A DNA stretch of 64,000 bases from Polyangiales bacterium (lineage in GTDB: Bacteria; Myxococcota_A; Polyangia; Polyangiales; Ga0077539), in contig JBGARZ010000008.1 of assembly GCA_044229975.1 (NCBI GenBank), positions 1 to 64,000 of the forward strand, given 5' to 3'. The translations under genes and the position numbers were made by a program. Below the pieces are notes generated by a model. The model saw nothing but the letters and a program-made list of their open reading frames with translations, was not told where the DNA came from and ran no database searches. Of the stretch, positions 48,725 through 58,012 are shown piece after piece; within the stretch, counting starts at the first letter, position 1, and every line of letters starts with the position of its first letter.

Positions 48725-50713
48725 ATGTGCGGCCTCGCTGGCATCTTCCACTACGCTGACCCCGACCGCCCCGTCGACCGCGCCGCGCTCACCCGCATGA
48801 CGCGCGCTCTCGCGCACCGCGGGCCCGATGGCGAGGGCTTCCACGTCGATGGTCCTCTCGGCCTCGGCCACCGCCGACTCGCCATCGTCGACCTCTCGCC
48901 CACTGGGGCCCAACCCATGCCCATCGATGGCGGCGCCTTCGTCATCGCCTACAACGGCGAGCTCTACAATCACCAGCGCTTCCGCGACTCGCTCGAGGCC
49001 CACGGCGAGACCTTCCGCGGACACTCCGACACCGAGACCCTCCTGCGCTGGGTCGCGCGCCGCGGGCCCGACGTCCTCGCCGATGCCGCAGGCATCTTCG
49101 CGTTCGCCCTCTACGACCGCTCCAATCGTCGGCTCACCCTCGCCCGTGACCCGATGGGCGTGAAGCAGCTCTACCTTCACGACGACGGCAAGCGCGTGGT
49201 CTTCGCCAGCGAGATCAAGGCGCTGCTCGCCTGTCCCGACGTCCCGCGGCGCCTCGACCCCGAGGCCATCAACGAATATCTCCACTTCCACACGCCCCTG
49301 TTCGAGCGGACCTTTCTTTCCGACATCAAGCAGCTCCGCGCCGGGGAGTACGTTCAGTTCGATGGTGGTGGGCGGCGCGCGCGGCGCTACTGGGCCGTCG
49401 ACAACTTCACCCCGCGCGGCGGAGCACCCGAGCACAACGTCGACGAGCTCCGCGCCATCCTTCAGGACGTCGTCGGCGAACAGTTGATGAGCGATGTTCC
49501 GGTGGGGTCGTTCTTCTCGGGGGGCATCGACTCGACGGCGGTGGCGGCGTGCGCGACGCGGGCGGGGGTTCGACCGCGGTGCTTCGGGGTCCACTTCACG
49601 GGCCAAGGGGTCATCGACGAGCGGCCGTATCAAGAGTCCGCCGCGAAGGCACTCGGGCTCGACCTCGACCTCATCACCCTCGACGGCTCCACCTTCCCCG
49701 AAGACATGCCCCGCCTGCTCTTCATGCAGGATCAACCCGTCATCGGACACGCCATGATCCCGATGGACGCCGTCGCGCGGCTCGCGTCGGAGCGGGTCAA
49801 GGTCTGCCTCGGGGGACAGGCCGCCGACGAGGTCTTCGGCGGATACGCACGCTACGCCCTCGCCCACCCGCTGAAGGTCGCGGCGCAGTTCGCGTCACCG
49901 TCGCAGGTGTGGCAGCGCGTCGAGCGACGGCTCCATCGCACGCCCGCGGTGAGCACTCCAGGCGCGGCACCAGCAGTCGGCGGCAACCTCTGGAAGCAGC
50001 TCACCGAGCGGCGCACCCTCGACCGCGTGGCGCGCAATCTCCGCAAGGGCCTCGGGCCGCTGCTCCGCTGGGACGAGCGCTATTTCGACAACTTCTCGAA
50101 GGTGCCGGAAGAGGCGTGGGCGGGGGTGCTGGGTGACCCGCGGGTGCTCTCCCGGTCGCGCGCGCGGCAGGTGTTTCGCGACACGCTCGCGGCCTCACCC
50201 GCCACCGACCCGGCCGACAAGCTGATGCACTGGGATCAGCAGACCTACCTCACGGGGCTCTTCCAGCAAGACGACCGCATGAGCATGGGGCACTCGCTGG
50301 AGTCGCGCGTCCCCATGGCCGACCCGCGCATGGTGCGCTTCGCGTTTCAGTCGGGCTTCGACCTGAAGTTTCGCGAGGGGGCGTCCAAGTGGATGCTGCG
50401 GCGCGCGGTGGCCGATGTGATTCCCGAGGAGGTTCTCACGCGACGCAAGGTGGGCTTCGACACGCCCGCCGAGACGTGGATGAAGGGGAAACATCGGGCG
50501 TTTGTTCGCGACACGCTCACCCGGCAACGCGCCCGCGAGCGGGGGCTCTGGGACGCGCCGGGCATGGAGCGATGGCTCGACCACACGGATGATCCGTTGT
50601 GGTTCGACGTGACGTGGAAGGTCCTCTGCATCGAGCTCTGGGCGACGCTCACCCTGGACGGGGAGTTCACCCGGTACAGCACCGCCGACGCGGGGCCGCC
50701 CCCGGTGGTGTGA
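48725..50713 (+). CDS. asnB: Asparagine synthase-like glutamine amidotransferase (glycan-cluster type)
   Basis: MCGLAG (Ntn Cys), HRGPDG, LGHRRLAIVD, YNGELYN, SGGIDS, DRMSMGHSLESRVP. Confidence 0.93.
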   Translation: MCGLAGIFHYADPDRPVDRAALTRMTRALAHRGPDGEGFHVDGPLGLGHRRLAIVDLSPTGAQPMPIDGGAFVIAYNGELYNHQRFRDSLEAHGETFRGHSDTETLLRWVARRGPDVLADAAGIFAFALYDRSNRRLTLARDPMGVKQLYLHDDGKRVVFASEIKALLACPDVPRRLDPEAINEYLHFHTPLFERTFLSDIKQLRAGEYVQFDGGGRRARRYWAVDNFTPRGGAPEHNVDELRAILQDVVGEQLMSDVPVGSFFSGGIDSTAVAACATRAGVRPRCFGVHFTGQGVIDERPYQESAAKALGLDLDLITLDGSTFPEDMPRLLFMQDQPVIGHAMIPMDAVARLASERVKVCLGGQAADEVFGGYARYALAHPLKVAAQFASPSQVWQRVERRLHRTPAVSTPGAAPAVGGNLWKQLTERRTLDRVARNLRKGLGPLLRWDERYFDNFSKVPEEAWAGVLGDPRVLSRSRARQVFRDTLAASPATDPADKLMHWDQQTYLTGLFQQDDRMSMGHSLESRVPMADPRMVRFAFQSGFDLKFREGASKWMLRRAVADVIPEEVLTRRKVGFDTPAETWMKGKHRAFVRDTLTRQRARERGLWDAPGMERWLDHTDDPLWFDVTWKVLCIELWATLTLDGEFTRYSTADAGPPPVV

Positions 50714-52812
50714 GCCCAGTGAGCGTTCTTCAGCGACTGCGCGATCAGCTCCAGGAGGTGCGCGAGCTCGGCGCCGCCGGCACCGCCTTCCGCGCCGCCT
50801 GGGAACTCCGCCTGCGCTCCGGCCTCGCCCGCCGCGGCGACCACGTCGTCCACGACCCGCGGCCCGCCGTCACCTGGTTGCCGCGCCTCCCGTGGGCGCA
50901 GCCCGCTGACGTCGCTGCCGCCGTTCGACCACGCTTGTCCGATGAGGCCCTCGTCACCCTGCGCGAGCGAGCCGACGGCGCCATCCGCGGCATCGTCCAC
51001 TGCTTCGGCCGCTGGGATGGCAGCCACGGTCAGCCCTTCGACTGGCACCTCAACCCCACCAATGGCCAGCGCTGGAACCCCTCCGCCCACTGGTCTGATG
51101 CGCTCCGTGACGGCGATCGCGTGGGCGACATCAAGCTCACCTGGGAGGCCGCCCGCTTCCCGCAAGCCTTCCACCTCGCCCGCGCCGCGGCCCTCTTCCC
51201 CGCCGACCGCGACCGCTGCTTCTCGGCCTTCTCGTCGCAGGTGCGCGGCTTCCTGCGCGACAACCCATATCCGCTGGGTGTCCATTGGTTCTCCAATCAA
51301 GAAGCCACCATCCGCCTGCACGCGTGGCTCTTCGCGCTCTCGGTCTTCTCCGGCCTCTCGTGTGACGTCGGCGACCTCGCCGTCGAGGTCTCCCGCTACG
51401 CCGCGCAGGTCGGCCATCACACCGAGCGCGAGCTCCCCTACGCCGAGCGCGCCGTCTACAACAACCACCTCATCGCAGAGGCCGCCGGGCTCTTCCTCGT
51501 CGCCTGGATGCGCCCCGATCTCCCCGACGCCCGCCGCTGGCGCGAGCGCGGACTCGCGCTCCTCGATGAGCAGGCCGACCGACAGGTGTACCCCGACGGC
51601 GGCTACATCAACCTCTCGCACAACTACCACCGCGTCATCGCTCAGGACTACCTGCTCGCGTGGCGCTTTCTCCGCGCGGATGGCGTGCGCGAGATGCCAC
51701 CCTCGTGGCGCCGCGCGCTCACCACCTCATTGGACTTCCTCGTCGCCCACCAGAACCCCGCCGACGGTCGCCTGCCCAACCAGGGCGCCAACGATGGGTC
51801 ACTCCCGCGCGTGCTCTCCACCTGCGACTTCTCGGATTTCCGTCCGACGCTCCAGGCCCTCTCGCTCTGCCTCCGCGGCGAACGCCTCTACCCCGAAGGC
51901 CCCTGGGATGAAGAGGCCGCGTGGCTGCTCGGCGCCGCGGCCCTCGACGCCCCGCTGCGCGAGCCTTCTCGACGGTCGGTGAGCTTCGGCCACACCGGCT
52001 ATCACGTGCTGCGCACGGCCGACGACCCGAGCACCTTCGCGGCCTTCCGCTGCGGAACGGTGCTCGACCGCTTCGGTCAGATCGAGATGCTGCACCTCGA
52101 CGCGTGGTGGCGCGGCGAAAACGTCCTCGTCGACGGCGGAACCTATCTCTACAACGCCGACCATCGCTATCACGACCACTTCCTGCGCACCGAGAGTCAC
52201 AACACGGTCGTGGTCGATGGCCGCGACCAGATGCTCCATTTCCGGCGCTTCAAGTACCTCTACCGAACACCCGCGCGTCTGCTCCGCTTCGAGCCGCGAC
52301 CGGGCCTCACGCTCATGGTCGGTGAGCACTCGGGCTACGCGCGCTTCGACGGCGGCTGCGTCCACCGCCGCGCCGTCACCCTCCTCGACGACGGGACCAT
52401 GCTGGTCGTCGATCGCATCACCGGAACCGGCGAACACTCCGCGCGCCTGCACTGGCTCGGTGGCCCGTATCCCCACACGGCCGACGCCGAGGCTGGCGCC
52501 ATGACGCTGCACACCCCAAAAGGCGACTATGGAGTCGCCGTCTTCGATGAACGCGGGCGCTCCCTCCCAGCGACGATCGTGTCGGGACACGACGACCCGC
52601 CACGCGGCTGGCTGTCGCGCGGTTACGCCGTGAAGGAGGCCGTCCCCTCGCTCGCGGTCGAGCGGCGGGCGGCGACTCCGCTGGAGTTCGTGACGGTGCT
52701 GGGCGAAGGTCCGCTCGCGGTCACCGTCGATGGCGACCAGTGGCGGGTGACCACCGCTCGCACCACGCACCGCCTGCGCTGGCAGGACGGCGCACTGCTC
52801 AAGGCACCATGA
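50710..52812 (+). CDS. Heparinase II/III-family protein
   Basis: DIKLTWEAARF, NPYPLGVHW, NNHLIAEAAGL, SHNYHR, LVDGGTYLY, TESHNTV; GTGA coupling to asnB. Confidence 0.85.
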   Translation: MSPVSVLQRLRDQLQEVRELGAAGTAFRAAWELRLRSGLARRGDHVVHDPRPAVTWLPRLPWAQPADVAAAVRPRLSDEALVTLRERADGAIRGIVHCFGRWDGSHGQPFDWHLNPTNGQRWNPSAHWSDALRDGDRVGDIKLTWEAARFPQAFHLARAAALFPADRDRCFSAFSSQVRGFLRDNPYPLGVHWFSNQEATIRLHAWLFALSVFSGLSCDVGDLAVEVSRYAAQVGHHTERELPYAERAVYNNHLIAEAAGLFLVAWMRPDLPDARRWRERGLALLDEQADRQVYPDGGYINLSHNYHRVIAQDYLLAWRFLRADGVREMPPSWRRALTTSLDFLVAHQNPADGRLPNQGANDGSLPRVLSTCDFSDFRPTLQALSLCLRGERLYPEGPWDEEAAWLLGAAALDAPLREPSRRSVSFGHTGYHVLRTADDPSTFAAFRCGTVLDRFGQIEMLHLDAWWRGENVLVDGGTYLYNADHRYHDHFLRTESHNTVVVDGRDQMLHFRRFKYLYRTPARLLRFEPRPGLTLMVGEHSGYARFDGGCVHRRAVTLLDDGTMLVVDRITGTGEHSARLHWLGGPYPHTADAEAGAMTLHTPKGDYGVAVFDERGRSLPATIVSGHDDPPRGWLSRGYAVKEAVPSLAVERRAATPLEFVTVLGEGPLAVTVDGDQWRVTTARTTHRLRWQDGALLKAP

Positions 52813-54044
52813 AGATCCTAGTCATCCACCAGTATTACCTGATGCCCGGCTCGCCGGGCGGATCGCGCTTCAACGAGTTCGCCCGCCTGTGGGCGGCGGC
52901 GGGCCACGAGGTCACCGTCGTCGCGGGCAACCTCGACTACGCCACCGGCGACGTCCCCGAGCGCTACCACGGCCGCTGGATCACCCGCGAGATGGACGGC
53001 GACGTCACCGTGCTGCGCTGCCACGTCCCGCGCTCGTACAACAAGTCGTACGCCGGGCGCATGGCGGCGTTTTTTGGCTTCACGCTGTCGTCCATGCAGG
53101 CCGCGATGACCGTGGCGAGGCCCGACGTCGTCATCGCCACCTCGCCGCCGCTCATCACCATGGCGCCAGGCTTCGCGGCCGCGAAGGCCCGCTGGCGGGG
53201 CGTTCCGTGGGTGTTCGAGATTCGCGACCTGTGGCCCGAGAGCGCCATCACCACCGGGGTCTTGAAGGAAGGCGCGGCGCTCACCCGCATGCTCTACGCG
53301 ATGGAGCGCGCGGCCTGCGCGATGGCCGACAAGATCAACGTGCTGACGCCGGCCTTCCGCGACGACCTCATCAAGCGGGGACTCGCGCCCGCCGAGAAGA
53401 TCGTGTTCGTCCCCAACGGCGCCGACGTAGAGCTGTTCACGCCGGGCCCGCGCGACAACGACGCGCGGCGCGAGCTCGGGTGGGGCGACAGGTTCGTGGT
53501 GATGTACGCGGGCGCCCACGGGCGGGCCAACGCGGTGGGGCAATTCCTCGACGCCGCGGAGCTGCTCAAGCACCGGCCCGACATCCTGCTGGCCTGCGTG
53601 GGTGACGGCCCCGAGCGCGCGGCCCTCGAAGCCGAGCGGGCGCGGCGCGGCCTCGACAACGTGCGCTTCCACGGCGCGCAGCCCAAATCGCGGATGCCCG
53701 AGATCGTGCGCGCCTGCGACGTGGGCGCGGCCATCCTTCAGGACAACCCGACCTTCCGCACCGTCTATCCCAACAAGGTCTTCGACTACATGGCGACCGA
53801 GCGCCCGACGCTGCTCGCCATCGACGGCGTGGCCCGCAAGCTGGTCTGCGACGAAGCCCGGGCGGGTCTCTTCGCGAAGCCCGAGAACCCGCGCAGCATC
53901 GCCGACGTCATCCTCGCCATGGCCGACGACCCGGAGGCGCGGGCGGCGATGGGGAAGCGCGGACGCGAGTGGGTGCTCGCCAACGCGACGCGCGACTCGC
54001 TGGCGCAGCGGTATCTCGACATCCTCCAGGGGATGGTGCGGTGA
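52809..54044 (+). CDS. Glycosyltransferase family 4 (WbuB-like)
   Basis: MKILVIHQYY, ATSPPL, FEIRDLWPES, VPNG, YAGAHG.AN, PNKVFDYMA; ATGA coupling. Confidence 0.92.
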   Translation: MKILVIHQYYLMPGSPGGSRFNEFARLWAAAGHEVTVVAGNLDYATGDVPERYHGRWITREMDGDVTVLRCHVPRSYNKSYAGRMAAFFGFTLSSMQAAMTVARPDVVIATSPPLITMAPGFAAAKARWRGVPWVFEIRDLWPESAITTGVLKEGAALTRMLYAMERAACAMADKINVLTPAFRDDLIKRGLAPAEKIVFVPNGADVELFTPGPRDNDARRELGWGDRFVVMYAGAHGRANAVGQFLDAAELLKHRPDILLACVGDGPERAALEAERARRGLDNVRFHGAQPKSRMPEIVRACDVGAAILQDNPTFRTVYPNKVFDYMATERPTLLAIDGVARKLVCDEARAGLFAKPENPRSIADVILAMADDPEARAAMGKRGREWVLANATRDSLAQRYLDILQGMVR

Positions 54045-54111
54045 GGCGTACAGCTCTCCTCGCAACTCGGCGCGTCCGGCGGCCGGGTGCCGTGGCTGTC
54101 GAAGGTGCGTC

Positions 54112-54741
54112 GTGACCGCCCAATCGGGGTGGCGGTTTCTGGTGAAGACGGCGGTCGATCGGGCCGCCGCGGCGGTTGGCCTCGTCGCCGTCGCGCCGGT
54201 GCTCGTGGGCGCGGCCGCGGCGGTGCGCGTCACCATGGGCTCGCCGGTGTTCTTCCGTCAGAAGCGACCGGGGCGCGGGGAGCGAACCTTCGAGATCGTG
54301 AAGTTTCGCACCATGCGCGAGGCGACCGATGCCCACGGCAACCCGCTGTCCGACGCCGAGCGGCTCACCGCCGTCGGGCGCTGGCTGCGCGCCACCAGCG
54401 TCGACGAGCTCCCGCAGCTCTGGAACGTCCTGCGCGGTGACCTCTCCCTCGTCGGCCCGCGACCGCTGCTGGTGCGTTACCTCCCCCGGTATTCGCCCGA
54501 GCAGCGGCGGCGCCACGAGGTGATGCCGGGCATCACGGGGTGGGCGCAGATTCACGGGCGCAACGCCATCTCGTGGGAGGAGAAGTTCGCGCTCGACGTC
54601 TGGTACGTCGACCACTGGTCGCTCGCCCTCGACGCGCGCATCGTGCTGGAGACCGTCGGGCGGGTGCTGCGGCGCGACGGCGTGTCAAGCGACGGTCACG
54701 CGACGATGCCGGAGTTCGAGGGAACGCCCGTCGCCACTTGA
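54112..54741 (+). CDS. Undecaprenyl-phosphate sugar phosphotransferase (PglC/WcaJ-like)
   Basis: PVFFRQKRPG, KFRTM, SVDELPQLWNVLRGDLSLVGPRP, PGITGWAQ, DVWYV. Confidence 0.92.
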   Translation: MTAQSGWRFLVKTAVDRAAAAVGLVAVAPVLVGAAAAVRVTMGSPVFFRQKRPGRGERTFEIVKFRTMREATDAHGNPLSDAERLTAVGRWLRATSVDELPQLWNVLRGDLSLVGPRPLLVRYLPRYSPEQRRRHEVMPGITGWAQIHGRNAISWEEKFALDVWYVDHWSLALDARIVLETVGRVLRRDGVSSDGHATMPEFEGTPVAT

Positions 54742-54807
54742 ACGCGGGCCGGGATTGGGACATCCCACCGGCATCCCCGACGGTAACGGCGGCGGTTGGA
54801 GTCGAGA

Positions 54808-55941
54808 GTGAACAAGCGCGTCTATCTGTCGGTGCCCCACATGGGCGAAAACGAGCTCCGCTACGTGCAGGAGGCGTTTACGTCCAACTGGCTCTCCACC
54901 GTCGGGCCCAACCTCGACGCCTTCGAGGCGAGCTTCTCCGAGCGCACCGGACTTCCCTGCGTGGCCCTCGGCAGCGGCACCGCGGGCATGCACCTCGGGC
55001 TGCGGCTGCTCGGCGTGGGCCCTGACGACGAGGTCATCTGTCCGTCGCTCACCTTCATCGCGACCATCAACCCGGCCCTCTACCTCGGCGCGCGCCCCGT
55101 CTTCCTCGACTCCGATCGCGCGAGCTGGAACCTCGACCCCAACGTCCTCGAAGACCTGCTGCGTCGGCGCGCGGCGGTGGGGAAGGTTCCGAAGGCGCTC
55201 GTGGTGGTGCACCTGTACGGGCAGAGCGCGGACATGGACCCGATCATGGCCCTCTGCGAGCGCTACGGCGTGGCCGTGCTCGAAGACGCCGCCGAGGCCG
55301 TGGGGACGACCTACAAGGGCCGCCCCGCGGGCACCATCGCGCCGATCGGCGTGTACTCCTTCAACGGCAACAAGATCATCACCACCACCGGCGGCGGGAT
55401 GCTGCTCGCCCACGACCCCGAGCGGGTGAAGCTCGCGCGCTTCTGGTCGCAGCAGGCGCGCGACCCGGGCGTCGCCTATGAGCACACGCAGGTCGGATAC
55501 AACTACCGCATGTCCAACGTGCTCGCGGGCATCGGGCGCGGACAGCTCGAGGTCCTCGACCAGCGCGTCGCGCGGCGGCGGGCGATCGCGTTCCACTATC
55601 GGGAGGCCTTTGCCGACCTCGGCGGAATGACGCTGATGCCGCAGTGCGAGTACGGCCTGCACACCAACTGGCTCAGCGCCTTCCAGGTCAACGCGAAGGC
55701 CCTCGGCGTCGACCGCGACGGGCTCATCCGCGCGCTCGAAGCCGAGAACATCGAGAGCCGCCCGGTGTGGAAGCCCATGCACCTCCAACCCGTGTTCGCG
55801 GGCGTCGAGTGTGTGGGAGGCGACGTCGCCGCCGACCTCTTCCACCACGGCATCTGTCTACCGAGCTCGACCAACCTCCCCGATGACGACCTGCAGCGGG
55901 TGATCGCCACCGTGCGACGCGCCGCCCGCCGCGACCGCTGA
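54808..55941 (+). CDS. DegT/DnrJ/EryC1/StrS PLP sugar aminotransferase (PglE-like)
   Basis: YLSVPHMG, SGTAGMHL, LEDAAEA, SFNGNKIITT.GGG, GYNYRMSN, SRPVWKPMH. Confidence 0.93.
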   Translation: MNKRVYLSVPHMGENELRYVQEAFTSNWLSTVGPNLDAFEASFSERTGLPCVALGSGTAGMHLGLRLLGVGPDDEVICPSLTFIATINPALYLGARPVFLDSDRASWNLDPNVLEDLLRRRAAVGKVPKALVVVHLYGQSADMDPIMALCERYGVAVLEDAAEAVGTTYKGRPAGTIAPIGVYSFNGNKIITTTGGGMLLAHDPERVKLARFWSQQARDPGVAYEHTQVGYNYRMSNVLAGIGRGQLEVLDQRVARRRAIAFHYREAFADLGGMTLMPQCEYGLHTNWLSAFQVNAKALGVDRDGLIRALEAENIESRPVWKPMHLQPVFAGVECVGGDVAADLFHHGICLPSSTNLPDDDLQRVIATVRRAARRDR

Positions 55942-55946
55942 AGGCC

Positions 55947-57926
55947 ATGAACCCATCCATTCCGCCTGAGCTGAAGGTCCCGAAGCTGGTGATGAACTAC
56001 CGCCGCCCGGTGGTGGTGCTCGCCCACCTCACGCTGTGGACGATGTCGTTCTACGGGGCGTTCTTCCTGCGCTTCGACGGGCACATCCCGCCCAGCTACC
56101 TGCGGCTCACGCCCTACTGGCTCGTCCCGCTGCTGGCGCTGCGCGCGCTGGTGCACGCCAACCTCGGGCTCTTCCACGGCCTGTGGCGCTACACGGGCAT
56201 GCGCGACCTGCTCACGCTCATCCAGGGCGCGGCCATCTCCAGCGCGCTCTTCGTCCTCTACGCGCTCTTCCTCGGCCCGCAGGGTCTGCCGCGGTCGGTC
56301 TTCGTCCTCGACTGGCTGCTGGCGCTCATGGCTGTCGGCGGCATGCGCCTCGCCATCCGCGCGACGCGCGAGACCATGCGAACCAACGCCGCCGAGTCGT
56401 CCGAAGGCCGGCGGAAGCTCCTGGTCGTGGGGGCCGGCGACGCGGGCGAGATGCTGGTGCGGGAGATCCAGAAGACCCACGCCGCCAGCTACGAGGTGGT
56501 GGGCTTCGTCGACGACAACCCGTCCAAGCTGCGCGAGCGCATCCACGGCGTGCCGGTGCTCGGGCCCATCGCGAAGGTGGCCGACCTGGTGCGGGCGCAC
56601 GCCATCGACGAGGTCGTGGTGGCCATCCCCTCGGCGAAGGGGAAGGACATGCGGCAGATCCTCGATCTCTGCCAGGCGAGCGGCGCAGGCATCCGCACCA
56701 TCCCCGGGATGGGCTCGCTCATCGACGGCAAGGTCACCATCAACCAGGTGCGCCCGGTGAAGATCGAAGACCTGCTCGGTCGCGAGCCCGTCACGCTCGA
56801 CACCGAGGAGATCTCGCGCTGCCTCAACGGCGCGGTGGTGCTCATCACCGGCGCGGGCGGCTCCATCGGCTCCGAGCTCTGCCGGCAGGTGTGTCACTTC
56901 GGCCCCGCGCGGCTGATCCTCGTCGAGCAGGCCGAGACCAGCTTGTTTCACATCCACCGCGAGCTGCGGGAGACCTTCCCCGACGTCATCGTGGTGCCGC
57001 GCATCGCGGACATCTGCGACACGCGTCGCATGACGGCGGTGTTTGGGAAGTACAAGCCCGCGGTGGTCTTCCACGCCGCGGCGCACAAGCACGTCCCGAT
57101 GATGGAGTGGAACGCCGGCGAGTCGATCAAGAACAACGTCTTCGGGACGAAGAAGCTGGCCGACCTGGCGGTGTCGCACGGCGTGCAGCAGTTCGTGATG
57201 ATCTCAACGGACAAGGCGGTGAACCCCACTTCCATCATGGGGGTGTCGAAGCGGGTCGCGGAGATCTATTGCCAGACGCTCTCGCAGCGCACGAACACGA
57301 AGTTCATCACGGTGCGCTTCGGCAACGTGCTGGGGAGCGCCGGGTCGGTGGTTCCGATCTTCCAGGAGCAGATTCTCAAGGGCGGCCCGGTGTCGGTGAC
57401 GCACCCGGAGATGAAGCGGTACTTCATGACCATCCCCGAGGCGTCGCAGCTCGTGATGCAGGCCGGAGCGATGGGGACGGGCGGGGAGATCTTCGTGCTC
57501 GACATGGGCGAGCCGGTGAAGATCGTCGACCTCGCGCGCGACCTCATCCGCCTGTCGGGGTTGAAGCCGGGCGAGGACGTGGAGATTCAGTTCACGGGCA
57601 TCCGGCCGGGCGAGAAGCTCTTCGAAGAGCTCGCGACGGACGAGGAGCACGCCGACAAGACCAAGCACCCGAAGATCTTCGTCGGGCGGTTTCGCCCCAA
57701 CGACTGGGACGAGCTCCAGGCGAAGATGGAGGAGCTCAAGGCGTGCACCGACGGCGGCGACGACGCGACGATCCGGCAGCGCTTCACGGCGCTGGTGCCA
57801 GAGTACAAGCCGACGCTCATCGGGGGCGGGACGATTCCGCCGAGCGCGGGGCTGAAGGCGATTCAGGTGGAGAAGACGGTCGAGGGCGAAGGCACCAAGG
57901 GGAAGGTGCTGGAGTTCAAGCGGTAG
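55947..57926 (+). CDS. Membrane-bound NDP-sugar 4,6-dehydratase (PglF/CapD/WbpM-like)
   Basis: Four N-terminal TMs, GAGDAG, TGAGGSIGSE, HAAAHKHVP, STDKAVNP, RFGNVLGS, GIRPGEKL. Confidence 0.94.
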   Translation: MNPSIPPELKVPKLVMNYRRPVVVLAHLTLWTMSFYGAFFLRFDGHIPPSYLRLTPYWLVPLLALRALVHANLGLFHGLWRYTGMRDLLTLIQGAAISSALFVLYALFLGPQGLPRSVFVLDWLLALMAVGGMRLAIRATRETMRTNAAESSEGRRKLLVVGAGDAGEMLVREIQKTHAASYEVVGFVDDNPSKLRERIHGVPVLGPIAKVADLVRAHAIDEVVVAIPSAKGKDMRQILDLCQASGAGIRTIPGMGSLIDGKVTINQVRPVKIEDLLGREPVTLDTEEISRCLNGAVVLITGAGGSIGSELCRQVCHFGPARLILVEQAETSLFHIHRELRETFPDVIVVPRIADICDTRRMTAVFGKYKPAVVFHAAAHKHVPMMEWNAGESIKNNVFGTKKLADLAVSHGVQQFVMISTDKAVNPTSIMGVSKRVAEIYCQTLSQRTNTKFITVRFGNVLGSAGSVVPIFQEQILKGGPVSVTHPEMKRYFMTIPEASQLVMQAGAMGTGGEIFVLDMGEPVKIVDLARDLIRLSGLKPGEDVEIQFTGIRPGEKLFEELATDEEHADKTKHPKIFVGRFRPNDWDELQAKMEELKACTDGGDDATIRQRFTALVPEYKPTLIGGGTIPPSAGLKAIQVEKTVEGEGTKGKVLEFKR

Positions 57927-58012
57927 GGGACGGTAGCGGTGGTGCGGTAGCGGTGGTCGGAGGGTCAGCCGCAAGGACGCGAGGGTCGCAAGGGGGGGCG
58001 AGGCAGGGAGCC

